Assembly: GCA_964016885.1 (NCBI GenBank)
Contig: OZ024744.1
Location: 74,710,001-74,774,000 of the forward strand
Direction: 5' to 3'
From: Eledone cirrhosa
Lineage: Eukaryota
DNA: 64,000 bases
Shown here: positions 12,688 to 27,509 of the stretch, in pieces
How positions within the stretch are numbered: position 1 is the first letter of the stretch
How the letters are laid out: the number at the start of each line of letters is the position of its first letter
Translations under genes and position numbers: made by a program
Notes under the pieces: generated by a model
Seen by the model: the letters and a program-made list of their open reading frames with translations, nothing else
Database searches by the model: none
What the model was told of the DNA's origin: nothing

Positions 12688-12772
12688 AACTTTACCGATC
12701 GGTTTCGAATCCCAAAAATAAAACGGAGACCATACGGCCTTCGTTGCAAAGAAAGATTCTCGTCAGAAGGTT
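12688..12772 (-). ncRNA. Type I hammerhead with 53-nt domain II
   Basis: AACCTT-CTGACGA-GAATC...GATTC-GAAA-CCGATCGG-TA-AAGTT; 8-nt palindromic stem III. Confidence 0.8.
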
Positions 12773-13017
12773 CTTTTCATTCAAAGAATATAAAATTCCT
12801 GAATTTAAATCACAAACTAGCGCTATCAAAACTGTTCCTGGGATGAAGAAACAGGTTTATCAAGGGCCGTAGCAAAGATAGAGGCAAAAGGAGGTAGGTC
12901 AAACTAGCCACAGCTATTGCTAGCAGCAGTCAGAATACCAAAGTATCGTCTTCCTGTATTCCTCCGGTTGCAACGTTTTTTGAAATATTCACTTCTGCGT
13001 TCACAGATTGACTTTGT

Positions 13018-13070
13018 TAGTTTCAGAAGATCCCGTTAAGGGTGAAAGCAACGATTCTTTGCTTAAAATT
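13018..13070 (+). ncRNA. Hammerhead with CAGAAGA core (A at position 4)
   Basis: TAGTTT-CAGAAGA-tCCCgttaaGGGt-GAAA-GCAA..TTGC-TT-AAAATT. Lies in a 12935-13180 repeat matching 57920-58155. Confidence 0.7.
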
Positions 13071-13176
13071 TAATCTGTTATTTTAATAAATATTTGCTCT
13101 ACGGTTCTTATATATTTGATATATATTTATCCTTATCGAGTCCTCTTTGGATTTTAGTCTTCAAATTTATTATTAT

Positions 13177-13246
<70 letters not shown>

Positions 13247-13648
13247 TAAAAGATATATAAAAGATATATAAAAGATACCTCAGGCACAGAAAGTGATTAT
13301 CGCTAAATGCTGATGTTGGTTAGATTATCAATATTAGTATTATTGGGGCACCCAGTAAGGAATTATAGGAGCCCACTTGAATATATATCTATTGATGGTA
13401 TACAAGCTCCTACATAAATTGGTATAATTTCACCCAAATTGTAGGAGTCCTATAATGAAACGAGACGTCCGTCTGGGAAGAGATATATTAGATATGTCTC
13501 ATTTGAAATAATACAGCCAATTGTCCACGCAATACTTTTAGTTAGCACCCCGAACGCATAATTGGGAATATAATCACTTATTTCCTAATGTTTGTTGAGT
13601 GAGTTGGAATTTGGCCGGAGTATCGCTAAAAAGCTTTCTCCGATATTG

Positions 13649-13703
<55 letters not shown>

Positions 13704-13752
13704 AAAGCCTGATGATTCCCTTCGAAAGAAACAGTTTTAGTCCTGTAAAAGC
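13704..13752 (+). ncRNA. Degenerate hammerhead (relative of the 11-61 family), stem I lost
   Basis: CTGATGA-ttcccttcgaaa-GAAA-CAG..CTG-TA; the flanks do not pair. Confidence 0.5.
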
Positions 13753-14127
13753 CATTTCTATATTAAATGTTGTTATATATATATATAGTGAGAGAGAGAG
13801 AGAGGGGGTGGGAGAGAGAGAGGGGTGGGGTAGATAGATAGACAGATAGATCGATAGAAATTTAGATACATAGATAAATATATATATATATATATGTATG
13901 CATAAATATATATGTATATATATAAATATATATATATATACGCATGTATATATGTATATAAACATATATGTATATATATATATACATAAATATATATAGA
14001 AAGAGAGGGGGAAATACCTAGATTCGTGTTCAGAGGCAAGATGTCGAGAAATGAAACATTCGTTTGTCATATTGACACCATAAACTATATATTGTAATAA
14101 TTTGACTTGAATTATTGGTATATATAC

Positions 14128-14211
<84 letters not shown>

Positions 14212-14229
14212 ATATATATACATATACAT

Positions 14230-14322
<93 letters not shown>

Positions 14323-14355
14323 TATATACATATATATATACATATATATACATAC

Positions 14356-14386
<31 letters not shown>

Positions 14387-14429
14387 CATATATATACATA
14401 TATATACATATATATATATATACATATAG

Positions 14430-14496
<67 letters not shown>

Positions 14497-14756
14497 CGTG
14501 TGTGTTATATACACATTACATTTTTATATTTTTATACTTGGGTCTCTGGTAAAAGAACAAAATATCTAAATAAAAAAATAAGCATCTGAAATATATTCGA
14601 TCTATTGTGTAGCACTTCCGTAAAGGTCGTAGCGCCTTATTCGATAGATAAAATAAATAAAATATAAAGTAGCAACATCGAATACAAAAATACAACTGTT
14701 TCATCCGATTCCCCAATACATCCATACAGGCACACACACACACACAGATACATATG

Positions 14757-14788
<32 letters not shown>

Positions 14789-14803
14789 TATATATATATA
14801 ATG

Positions 14804-14863
<60 letters not shown>

Positions 14864-14877
14864 TATATATATTTACA

Positions 14878-14935
<58 letters not shown>

Positions 14936-14954
14936 GAGAGAGAGAGAGAAAGAG

Positions 14955-15047
<93 letters not shown>

Positions 15048-15544
15048 AAGAGACTTGCTTATATATACATATGTGTGTGTATATATTCTATTCCATTCAT
15101 CTTGGGCTGTCTCATCTTGCTAAACAAATAAAATTCTCATGCTGACACGTTTTAGTTTGTGTTAAACATTATGATGTATGCGAAAATCGACGTAAACAGC
15201 GGATAGATAGGCAAGATGACAAAACAACATTACTATACAACAACAACAACATCAATAACAACAACAAAAAGAAAAGGAAACAAGAAGAAGCGAATTCGAA
15301 TGAAGTTGAATGACGTGAAGTATTGGATGTTAGTAGGAGGTGGAAATTGGGAGATGTAAGTGACAACTAGAAGCTAAAAAATGAGACCCGATCTGACACT
15401 TTAGTAAGTCATAAACGTGATTGTCCTCATAAAAGACAGCGCGTAAACGAACATTCCAGTTCGTTGTTTACGCATATGTTTCTAATATTTGAATATGTAC
15501 GTTCACAAACACACTTACAAGCAAACATAAACACATATGCATGC

Positions 15545-15593
<49 letters not shown>

Positions 15594-15633
15594 CATGTAA
15601 AGGACTGTTTGAGTTTAGAACTCGTTATTCATA

Positions 15634-15692
<59 letters not shown>

Positions 15693-15693
15693 C

Positions 15694-15748
<55 letters not shown>

Positions 15749-16198
15749 AATATATATATATATATACATATATATACATATATATATATATAGGACATAC
15801 CTGAGGAGAGAGAGTAAGTGATGTATTTATATATAAATCATATAAATTTATATCATATATATAGAGAGAGTTTCCTCCCAGTTTTCACCTGAGTTACGTT
15901 CCTTGAGCACCCACGAAGAGTGAAAAGCCGCGAATGTTGGATGTGGCTCATAAAAATACTTCTAAACGTTATAATATAACCTAAAATATAATTTTTTAAA
16001 ATGAACGAGCATCATATGCTAAGGGGTAAATACGGTATATCATTATTGATAATTTAGCGTTAAAAAGCCATTAAAAAATAGTGGAATTTATTTACGATTC
16101 CACGAATATGCGCTGGTTTCCCCCAACAATTAGTTGTTAGGTTCTAAGGAATATGCTGCGAATAACCAGGACTCCGAATGCCGAGGGGAGGGGGGCAT

Positions 16199-16232
<34 letters not shown>

Positions 16233-16248
16233 TTAAAATAACAGATTA

Positions 16249-16301
16249 AAGTCTAAGCAAAGAATCGGTGCTTTCACCCTTAACGGAATCTTCTGAAATT
16301 T
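16249..16301 (-). ncRNA. Hammerhead with CAGAAGA core, left arm of a foldback
   Basis: Reverse-complement copy of 16307-16359. Confidence 0.65.
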
Positions 16302-16306
16302 ATTAT

Positions 16307-16359
16307 GAGTTTCAGAAGATCCCGTGAAGGGTGAAAGCAACGATTCTTTGCTTAAACTT
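16307..16359 (+). ncRNA. Hammerhead with CAGAAGA core, right arm of a foldback
   Basis: GAGTTT-CAGAAGA-tCCCgtgaaGGGt-GAAA-GCAA..TTGC-TT-AAACTT; 6-bp stem I. Confidence 0.75.
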
Positions 16360-16499
16360 TAATCTGTTATTTTAATAAATATTTGCTCTACGGTTCTTAT
16401 ATATTTGATATATATTTATCCTTATCGAGCCCTCTTTGGATTTTAGTCTTGAAATTTATTATCATTACTATATATATATGTATATATATATATTCTTAT

Positions 16500-16830
16500 T
16501 CTTCGCCTACAGATTCATGACTGTGTCGGGGGTCAGAACCCTCAAACATTCCTTCCAGCGGTTTGTGTTGGAAGCAACGATCTCCAATTTATTCGATTGG
16601 ATCTACAAGTTGGAATCAGCCGAGCTAATGGATGTTATCCAACCATCTACTCGACCCTACTCCTACGTCTCCTACCATTTGGTTTTCCCCTTCAAATTTG
16701 TCTAGCGCTTCTTACCACAGACATTCTTACTACATGTCTGTAGTATCGAGGCTGTGATCTCTCAATTCGGAAAAGTAACGGGTCTACCTGGAACGGATCT
16801 CTGAGCTCCGAGTTACATAGTAATTCCTGT
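16500..16830 (-). pseudogene. Degenerate RTE-type LINE 3' end
   Basis: NSELRD...IERSQPRYYRHVVRM resembles the RTE C-terminal region. Confidence 0.6.
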
Positions 16831-16838
16831 TTATATAT

Positions 16839-16922
<84 letters not shown>

Positions 16923-17088
16923 ATAACAAAATGTCGTTATAGGTAATCCAGTTAGAGGTTGTGAATACTTCGTATTGTGGATAGTTTTAGCGTACGACGT
17001 TGTTTGACTCAACAAGGGGTTTACGTAGGTGGCGAGTTTATGAGTTCTCTTGTATTCCTATGTAAGTTTATTTGGGAGTAATAATATT

Positions 17089-17220
17089 GAAAGAGTGAAG
17101 AATAACGTGGTCAACAGTACAAAAAAGGGTTTTATTTACAATATTAACAGTGAAACAATTGTTAATACTGTAAATAAAACCCTTTTTTGTATCGTAGACC
17201 CGTTATTCTTCACTTTTTCT
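17089..17220. repeat. Foldback (about 55-60 bp arms) centred on a half hammerhead
   Basis: GTGAAGAATAACG..AAAAAAGGGTTTTATTTACA pairs with TGTAAATAAAACCCTTTTTT..CGTTATTCTTCAC; the centre is GAAA-CAATTG-TT-AATAC. Confidence 0.85.
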
Positions 17221-18062
17221 ATATATATATATATATATATATTCGTTGCTGTGGTAATGCGGCTGGACTGCCGATCACTTTATTTGATTTGCTAAGCTGT
17301 CTAAACGTATTGTTATTACTCTGGGGTACTATTCCCTACCGAGTGCTAAAGATACATACCGAATTTGCATTCGTTAGCTTGGCCGCAAACTAAGGCTTTG
17401 TTAATGCTGTACTAAAATGTGTATTTTAACTCCTAGAATTAACGATTAACTGATTAATTTAATTAGATAATTCTATTGATTGATTAATTGTTTATGTGTT
17501 TGATTACTTCTGGTTGAGTGCTTAATACGGTTTGTCTAAGGGAATTTCATTCCTTTGTCTCAAATTTGGAATTCACCGCCAACACGGGGGTTACCTCCCT
17601 TGGAGAAAACCACGTGTCTATAGCGAAATTTACTGCTAGAACACACCCGCTGCGGCTAAAGAACGCAAGAATTGTTGAAGAAGTAAATCCTTTGTTCTGT
17701 CGCCAAAGACCATTAACTTGCAGACCCCTGCAAGCGGAATTTGTCGATCTTGGATTCGCAGAAACCTAGCGCTGGTGTGTGTTGTACGTCATGTATATCG
17801 TATGCTATACGATATGCATTATATGTTACATTCGGTCTCAGCGTTATGTCCAGGTCAGTCTAAAATCTTTTCCTGAGTCCAACCATTTTCGTTGCTGTGG
17901 TAATGCGGCTGGACTGCCTATCGCTATATTTGATTTGCTAAGCTGTCTAAAGGTATTGTTATTACTCTGGGGTACTATTCCCATTCGAGTACTAAAGCTA
18001 CATACCGAATTTGCATTCGTTAGCTTGGCCACAAACTAAGGCTTCGTTAATGCTGTACTAAA

Positions 18063-18125
<63 letters not shown>

Positions 18126-19554
18126 TGCGTGCGGGTGTGTGCATGCATGTGTGGGTGTATGTGTGTTTCTGTATATGTGTGTGTGTGTGCATGCAAGTGT
18201 GGAGGTGTTATTGTGTATGTATGTGTGCATGCGTGTGCGTGTGTGTATGTATGCGTATGTGTGTGCGTGTATTTCTATATCTATTTATCTTAAATAATGA
18301 GTAAGTATAGATTCGAAACATGCATTTGACTTAAGCATTCTTTGAATCAAATATTATTTCCATATGGACATATAACAATGGACATGGTATTGTTTATCTC
18401 GAGATAATCAGCTAGTGTAAATTATATATTATAGATCTACTAGCTGGTTATGGAAATTGTACCTTAAGGTATCTTGGGTGATAAGACGAAATATATTAAT
18501 TATGATTGGCGTATTTGCAACAATTGTTATAGAGTTTCTTTTTTTATCTAGTCCAGCCTAATCCCGAATAATTTGGTAGAATAAGTATGTGAAAACCACA
18601 GATCAATTGCTTTAGTTATATTACTTTACATTTTGGGCCATATGTAGGACGTTCTGACACAGATCTATTCATCTTATGAGGTTCAATACGACACCCAACA
18701 TTCTTTCACGAAAGTATTTGCGAACAGATTGGCTAGACTTAGGAATTGCACAAGAGGAAGATGTCCCTAGTAAGTTGGAGAGAAATAGTCGACTTCTATC
18801 TGGTCTTGATGTTAACTACGGCTTTAATGCCGACTTACTTTTCCCTAAACTTCTCTATTTAGCAGAGTTACAGTCATGTGTCAAGCGTAAGCATTTGAAA
18901 TTCATCTGCTCCATATTATTGTTAAAAATTATGTTTCACGTTCATCAGAAAATTAGTAGAATATATGGACAATTACCAGGACATTCGGAATAGAATATTC
19001 GATAGGGATTTAAGGTCCGGTATAATGGGAAATTTCCAAATGACCTTCACCTTAAAATGTTGCTTGTTTGGGATAAATAGTAAGGATATGGCCACATTGG
19101 AGGCTCAAACGCCTGAATCTCTCTGAGAAGCGCGCAGTTTGATTTAACCATCTGGTACGTACTTGTTAGGTGAACACGAATTAGTGATTTAGAAATATAT
19201 GAGCAACATCTATGATGTGTTAGGGCATTCCGATTGTCAACCGAGGTTGTCGTGAATATCTAAATACTACCTTCCTTTGAGAACGAAGTATGAGTAGTTC
19301 AACTCTCTCTCCTGATTGTGTTGAAGGAATTTGTATGGTGGACATGTTTAAAGTGTTTGAAGACAGAGCATTTCCTTTCTAAGTAAGGATTTATCGACTT
19401 CTTCAGATGGCGCATTGAGCCTTAGATAAACGTGTATATATGCGCATGCGTATGTGCATGCCGATACGTTTGGATATGCATATGTGTGTATGTTGGTATA
19501 TATGTGAGTGTGTATGTATGTATGGCATAGAAATAATCGGGCTGTCTACCCGAT

Positions 19555-19870
19555 CGCTCGGTTAAAGCACTTGGAGTGAGGACCCATAGCGTTTGTCAGG
19601 GCAATCTTCTAGGAGAAGGCAACCCAGGAAACTACGATAACTTCGACATAAAACCTGCGGCTCAGTAGCTACCGATGATGTTGATCTTTTCATCTTTTCA
19701 GGTTATAGCTACTGTCGCTCAGAGAATGGGATTTGTTCAGTGTAGAGTATTTCCTCACTTTAAAAATAATCATCACGTACAGGCATTGTACTACAGCATT
19801 AATTGACAATTATTAATAATGTTATATCATGCAAAGGCTATACTCGATAACGAGGGTGGCAGCCATCATA
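19555..19870 (+). mobile_element. Non-autonomous RTE-related retroposon (copies 24230-24543 +, 30428-30740 -, partial 24855-25030 +)
   Basis: Shared CTAGGAGAAGGCAAC motif. The 3' tail ...ACGAG..GCAGCCATCAT resembles the tail of the RTE ending at 23898. Confidence 0.7.
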
Positions 19871-19874
19871 TACA

Positions 19875-19981
<107 letters not shown>

Positions 19982-20383
19982 ATTATATATATATATTATA
20001 TATATATTATATATATATAGGAAAAAACAACTAGATCCGTTCAGAACTAATTGTCGAAACGGCCGGAGCTCAGCCGTCAGGGTCCCGACTCTTTTCCTAG
20101 TACCCACCCTACTACCCTAATTATCGAGTACTCTGATGCGTTATGGTTTACCTGGTTCCTTTCTTTGTTATATATATATTAAGTATAGATCGAAGTTGTA
20201 GATGCCATATAGCAAGTACTATTCGAGGTGTTTTAGGCAATCACAAAGCACCGATTGAGCGAGACATTACAGAGTGACACCAGGAAAAACAACTGAACGC
20301 AGTGGCCATACACATACATCAACGATAAATTCAGAAAGGTTGAAACATGTATCTATAATATGTCTGTGTGTGTGTGTATAATT

Positions 20384-20560
20384 GTTTCTACTTTTGGCAC
20401 AAGGCCAGCAATTATCCCAGCGCATTACTAGTACTTTATTTAGCGACCCCGTAAGGATGTACGGCAAAGTTAACCTCGGCGGGATTTGAACTCAGAATGG
20501 CAATGTCCGAAACTCTCTGCGTCAAAGCATGGTATGCGACCCTCTACCGATAATGCTCAA
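20384..20560 (-). mobile_element. tRNA-derived SINE (copies 20925-21110, 28521-28640)
   Basis: Minus-strand B box GAGTTCAAATCCC followed by GCCGAGGTTAACTTTGCC; three copies. Confidence 0.8.
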
Positions 20561-21229
20561 ATGCTTGGTAAACACAGATCTGTGCTGGTGCGCTGCTGTA
20601 TTACGTCTCCGAATATCAATGTCTCTTCAGGCGGTGTTGTAACTGTGTATGTTTCGGTGTTTCTTTCATCGCGACACGGAGCTATTCTATTCGGGACACC
20701 TGCCGATGTGGGCGGCCAAGCCCCTACACAACAGCACAATTATGCTAAGTCAGTCTGATGTGATTCCGTCCCTATCAACGTGTGAGAACACCATGAAATT
20801 TGATGGGCCGGGTGTTATGATTCCAAGTGAAACATATTAATCCACCTCAATGTGCTAAGCGCACCACTCATCTTCTCTTTTGAGCTAGATGTTGTAACTC
20901 GCTTTCTCAGCTGCCTCTGATAACTGTTTCTACTTTGAGCACAAGGCCAGCAATTATCCAGTGCATTACTGGTACTTTATTTTATCGACCCCATAAGGAT
21001 GAAAGGCAAAGTTAACCTCGGCGGGATTTGAACTCAGAATGGCAAGGGACGTAACTCTATGCGTCAAAATATGGCGTCCGAACCCTCTACCGATACTGCC
21101 AATCCACCGCCCATAGCTGCCTCTGATAATGCCCGAGAAAGGTATTTCGTTTTCTTTATCGCCAGTCCATGTGCCCTGAGAAACAAATCAACTCGGGTTC
21201 CAACAATTCCTTTAGCTGCAATCTCTACA

Positions 21230-21608
21230 TGTAAGTATGTAAGTATGTATGTAAGTATATATGTACGTACGTATGTATGTATATGTATGTTTGTATGTAT
21301 GTATGTATGTATGCATGAATGTATTTAAGTATGTATGTATGTTTGTTTGTATGTATGTATTTATGTATTTGTGCAGTGGTATGTATGTATGTATGTATGT
21401 ATGTATGTATGTATGTATGTATGTTTGTAGGTATGTATGTATGTATGTATGTATGTATGTATGTATGCATGTATGCATGTATGTAGGTATGTATGTATGT
21501 ATGTATGTATGTATGTATGTGTGTATGTAGGTATGTATGTATGTAGGTATGTATGTATGTATGTATGTATGTAGGTATGTATGTATGTATGTATGTAGGT
21601 ATGTATGC
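21230..21608. repeat. (TATG)n microsatellite
   Basis: Direct reading of the sequence. Confidence 0.98.
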
Positions 21609-21609
21609 A

Positions 21610-23898
21610 GTGGTAGCTCTGTTGTTGACAATTATGAGCGTCAAGGAAGTGCAGGTGAAACTCAGGGCCATGCAAAATGCCTAGTGGAGCGACAAAACAG
21701 ATGAAGTGCAAGCAACATCTGATGGCAACAATGTAAAACTGCTGCACTCTCTACTCAGAGAAGTGTATGGGCCTTTAAGATCACGAGTGACACCTTTGAG
21801 ATCGAAAGATTTCAAGCAGTTACTCCGTGATCCAGAAGACATACTCGACAGATGGAGAGATCATTTTGATGAGCCCCTTAAACCAGCCAGCCCAGGTTGA
21901 CGGTGATTTCATTTGCTCCATCCCTATTGAATCAGTGAAGCATGAGATGGCTGCTGTACCTTCTCTTACAGAGGTAACTTCTGCTGTGCATAAGCTGAAC
22001 TGTCGTAAGTCTCCTAGTATGGATGGTCTGAGTGCAGAGGTTTTGAAGTGTGGTGGTGAAACCTTCACACAGCGCCTGACTGACCTCATGAAAACATTGT
22101 GGGAAGATGAAAGTGTGCCACAAGAATGGAAGGATGCGCACATGGTGATTCTTCATAAAGGAAAAGGTGGGAAAGACAAATGTGGCAATTATCGTGGCAT
22201 ATCACTTCTTTCAGTAGTTGGTAAAGTCATGTGTCGAATGTTGATGGATAGATTGATCTCAAAGGTTGATTTCTGAATGTGTTGCCTGAATCGCAGTGTG
22301 GGTTCAGAAACGAAAGAGGAACAGTGGATAGGATTCTTTCTGCTCAGCAGCTACAAGAAAAGTGTATCGAACAATGTATGAACTTTTACCAGGTCTTTGT
22401 TGACTTGACAAAGGCCTTTGACACCGTGAATCGAATTGCGTTGTGGACAATTTTAGAAAAGCTTGGCTTCGCTCCAACTTTTGTGAACATTCTGCGTCTT
22501 TTTCATGATAACATGAAGGGTTGGGTCACTATTTGTGGTACCTTTTTGAACCAATATCAGTTGAAAATGGAATGAGGCAGGGCGACATTCCGGCTCCAAC
22601 TCTGTTTTCCTTATATTTTACTATAGTGTTTCTCATGGAATTCAAGAAAAGAATTTCGCATGGAGTTTACTTCAGGAAGATTATTCAACATCAGCCGTTT
22701 TGGTGAAAGCACGAAGGTATTAACATCTATAATCCGAGTGCTTTTGTATGTAGGTGCACACTGATAAAGTGACATGCAGCATATTAGGAACTCTTTTTCT
22801 GAAGCTTGCAACGCTTTGGGCCTCTCAATTAGCTTGGAAAACACTGTTGTGATGTACCAGCCAGCACCTGGGAATGAATACACTACACCAAGTGTGTATG
22901 TGTATAGAAAGAGGCTAAAAGTTGATGATAAATGTGTTTATCTTGGTAGTACGTTGAACAATTCATGCACACCTGATGATGAAATATTTTTAAGAATCAA
23001 GAAAACCAGTGATGCTTTTGGACAGGTGAATGAATGTGTATTGTCAAGACGAGGTATCACCATTGAAACCAAGGTAAAAGTGTATCTGAATTGTGTCGTC
23101 TCCTCTTTGCTTTATGCTTGTGAAACGCGGGTCACATACAGAAAGCACCTCAAGGAATTGAAGAGGTTCCACCAACAATCTCTTCGTAAGATAGTAAGGG
23201 TGCGATGGAAAATGTTTGTCAGTGATGTGGAAGTTCTCGAACGGAGCAGGTGCATGAGTATAGAGAACATGATCTTTCGGCACCGGTTGACGTGGTGCTC
23301 TCACGTGGTCCGGATGTCTGATAACTGTATTCCAAAGCAACTTCTCTACGGTGAACTGTGCGAAGGACGGCGACCATCACACAAACGAAAAATGTAGTAC
23401 CGTGCTGTGCCAGGAGCACCTTGGCTTGTGCTGGAATTTCATCTGACGAATGGGATAAAATGGCTGAGGAGCGAGTGAAGTGGAGACGTTTGATCAAGTC
23501 AGGAACTGGACACTTTCAAACTCGTCGAAGAGAACACATAACAGTGAAAGGAGGTGAGGAAAAGAGACTTTTTGAGCTGCCTGCTGCCGGCAATATCTGC
23601 CTGAGCAAAGCTGGTTTGATTAAACATGAAGAAAGTCATATCACTTAACCCCATGTACAATATGATCTGAAAAAGTGTAAGGAATGTGGCAAGGAATGTG
23701 CAAATATGGGAGGTCTTAAAAGACAAGAGAACACACAGTAAGAACCAAGCAGTGGAAAGTCGCAGTGGGGCCTACATTTGTCATGTGTGTGACAAAGAGT
23801 GCAAGTATTTGGCTGGTTGAAAGAGCCACATTCGTGCCTCGCATTTTTTAGCATTTTACCAAGGGATGGCAATGCTTGAACACGAGTTCGTGGCCATC
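21610..23898 (+). pseudogene. 5'-truncated, frameshifted RTE (BovB-like) LINE
   Basis: RKSPSMDGLSAEVLK, VPQEWKDA, NYRGISLLS, LPESQCGFR, FVDLTKAFDTV, GMRQGD, YLGS, LLYACET, HVVRMSDNCIPKQLLYGEL across successive frames. Confidence 0.95.
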
Positions 23899-23926
23899 AT
23901 GTATGTATATTTGCATGTATGTATGT

Positions 23927-24205
23927 CGGGTTACAATTGAGTGCTACTGGTAACATGTAACCCAGTACAACCTGGCGCATGGTCGGGTCGTCGGCGACTA
24001 AACCGGCAACCCCACCAAGATTGCTTGGTGAGGAGGGGGATATTTGAACACCCTGCGGGATGAAATACACGATCCGGCAATAACGGAGGTACTCAACAGT
24101 ACAACGGCCATCGAAATAGTACATTTTGGACACACTGCAGGACAAAAACAAAACTTGACAAAGGGCAGAAGAACTCATAAGAGTCAATGGCCATCCGAAA
24201 GTGTG
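23927..24205 (-). repeat. Dispersed GC-richer repeat (copies 24650-24830 -, 30770-30932 +), often adjacent to the RTE-related retroposon
   Basis: Shared CCTCACCAAGCAATCTTGGTGGGGTTGCCGG hairpin and CCGACCATGCG motif. Confidence 0.8.
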
Positions 24206-25169
24206 TAAATATGTATATACACATGTACCGCGCAGTTAAACCACTGGGAGTGAATGACTCCTGGCCTTTGTCAGGTCATTCATCTAGGAGAATGCAACTC
24301 AGGAAACTGGGAAAACTCCGATATAGAACCTGCGGCTCAGTAGTTACCGATGATGTTAATATTTTCTTCTTTTCGAGTTATAGCTACTGTCACTCAGAGT
24401 GTGGGATTGGCTCAGTGCACAGTCTTTCCTCACTTTAAAAAATATCTTCACGCCCAGGCATTGCACGATAACATTAATTGATAATTATTAATAATGATAT
24501 ATCGTGCAATGGCCATACTCGATAACGAGGGGGCAGCCATCATGTATGTATGTATTTGTGTATGTATGTATATGTGAATATATCTACCTATATGTGAATA
24601 TACTTGAATCTATGTATGTATATGTGAATATATGACAGGTCGCTCTCCAGTGCTACTGGTAACATGTAACCCAGTACAACCTGTCTCATGGTCGGGTCGT
24701 CGTCGACTAAACCGGCAACCCCACCAAGATTGCTCGGTGAGGAGGGGGATAGTTGGACACCCTGCGGGATGAAATACACGATCCGGCAATAACGGAGGAA
24801 CTCAACAGAGTCAACGGCCATCCAAATAGTATATTTTTTTGTTTTGTTTTTTCACCTGGGAGTGAAAGGCCCCCAGTTGTTGTCACAACACCTTTCTAAG
24901 AGAGGGAAACTCTGAAAAAAAAAGCATCCGAAGCATCCGATGCATCCGATGATGTTGACCAGTTCTCTTTTTCGGGTAGTGTCTTCGATGCTCAGAGAGT
25001 GGGATTGTTCGAGTGCAACCCACTTAAAGAACCTTCAAATCGCAGACATTGCTTGTTCAGGATCTGTTACAGGTTCGTGTCGCTGGGCGTAGCCTAAAAG
25101 TGCACTAAACTCTATAATCTGACAAGCAATTGCTGTACTGTTAGCAGACTTTGCAGCCTTCATATGTGA

Positions 25170-25267
<98 letters not shown>

Positions 25268-25349
25268 TTTGGGGGGTTCGATCGACTTTTGTCAAATCGG
25301 ACCTAGGAAAGAATGTTTCCGTTGGTCTTTCCAGTTTCTATTACTATCT

Positions 25350-25482
25350 ATTGGTCGCAACTCCAGGTAGAAGGAGCAACGTGAAATAAAGTGTCTTGCT
25401 CAAGGACAACGCATCGGCTGGTCCAGGAATCGAACTCACAACCCCAAGATTGTGAATCCAATTCTCTAACCACGCTCTAACC
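25350..25482 (-). mobile_element. tRNA-derived SINE of a second family
   Basis: Minus strand: TGGTTAGAG..GAGTTCGATTCC followed by TGTCCTTGAGCAAGACACTT. Confidence 0.75.
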
Positions 25483-25487
25483 ATATG

Positions 25488-25539
<52 letters not shown>

Positions 25540-25571
25540 TATATGTATATATATATGTATATATATATATG

Positions 25572-25695
<124 letters not shown>

Positions 25696-25721
25696 AGTGT
25701 ATATATATATGTATATATATG

Positions 25722-25752
<31 letters not shown>

Positions 25753-25753
25753 G

Positions 25754-25863
<110 letters not shown>

Positions 25864-25895
25864 TATATATGTATATGTATATATATATGTGTATG

Positions 25896-25950
<55 letters not shown>

Positions 25951-25953
25951 GTG

Positions 25954-26046
<93 letters not shown>

Positions 26047-26089
26047 GATATATTAACAAATGGAAACTATATTTATAAAACCATATTTA

Positions 26090-26150
26090 TTTCATTATAC
26101 ATATTTCAAGGACACCAAGTTAAATAATGGTATGCTTTCATCAGATAAAA
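26090..26150 (-). ncRNA. Type I hammerhead (family of 49158/49379)
   Basis: TTTTAT-CTGATGA-AAGcATACCA..TGGTGTcCTT-GAAA-TATGTA-TA-ATGAAA, then TAAA. Confidence 0.8.
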
Positions 26151-27509
26151 TATAATATAGATCAGTTTTATAAATAAATATTGACATACCCTTAAAGAAT
26201 GCGACCATTTCTGTTGGAAGTTTCCGGATAGTGGGGTTATTAAAAGTATTCAGTCTATTATGCAAATTAGTGTCGGATATATTTAAATCACAGTAGATTT
26301 AAAATAATCGTTGGGGTATGGAAAATGGGAAAGAAAAGAAAGAGAAAAAAAAAGAAAGAGAAAAAAGAGAAAAAAAAGAGAAAAAAGAGCAAACTCTAAG
26401 AGGAAAATAAGAAAACAAGAAAAAAAGAAAGAGAAAGAGAAAGAGGAAGAGAAGTAAAAAGAAAAGAGAAAAAGAGAAAGAAAGATAAAGAGAAAGAGAA
26501 AGAGAAAGAGAAAGAGAAAGCCCTAAGTGACAGGTTGTTGTATTAGAGTAACTTTTAAGATGAAGTGAAAAAATAAATATTTATTGGATGAGTTAGGAAG
26601 AGTAAATAAGCGTGAATAAATAAATAATAATAACTGGAGAATTTTAACCAGTGTTTAAATATGATTAAACATTTAGTTTATCAATTAAATTATCAATTAA
26701 ATTATTGAGATCTATACATTAAAATTGAGATCTATATATTATTAAAATCTATATATTATTAAAACTATATATTATTAAAAAATCTATATATTATTAAAAT
26801 AATACATTCATATATATACATACGCACACATATATATATACATATACATATATATATACATACACATACATATATATACAATAAAGGACTGTTTACGTTT
26901 AAGATATAGGAATTTTTCTAAACTTATAGATTTTTCGGAGAAATCAGTTTTTACTCCAATAATTTGTTGAGTGCTTTATATCAGTTATAAAAATATTTGC
27001 TTGTTGTATCCCAATAATTTAAATATAACTTCTATATATATATATATATATGAAAGAGAAAGGTGCTCGATAGAAGGTAAATATGGGCAGACCACGTCAT
27101 ATAGCTGTAATATATTAAATATATAAACATTTACACGAAGGAAAAATGCGAAATACGGTTTTGTGAAGTTACGTTTCACTCCCGCTTCTGAAAACAATCC
27201 ACAATCATCTATTTTCGTCTCTCCGTCGCTCTCTTTAATACTGTATATATAATTGACACTTTATAATTAATACTACTACACCAAATGACCAGCCCTGTCC
27301 ACTGTTCAATTGGTCAAGTATAGATTAAAATAGGCACTCCCAAAAATTCTTGTTTAGATAAAATAAACCTTTTACTCATTAGAAACCCTTTATATACTTG
27401 TTTAGCTGTAAATTGAATTACCATCTGTCATATACTCCCCCCTCTCTTCTTCCTCTATTACAACTAATATAAATACTTCAATGTTTCTGATTTTATCCAA
27501 TTTATCCAA

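Noticed and set aside
15895-15958. TTGAGCA...GAAAAGCCGC/GTGGCTC hammerhead-like string
   Set aside because: The core deviates at several positions and stem I does not form.
17675-17772. TTGAAGA...GAAACCTAG, a possible long-domain-II hammerhead
   Set aside because: No UH after stem III and no stem I partner; U3-G8 is uncompensated.
18400-19430. Possible very old retroelement ORF on the minus strand
   Set aside because: Stops in all frames tried and no motif I can name with confidence.
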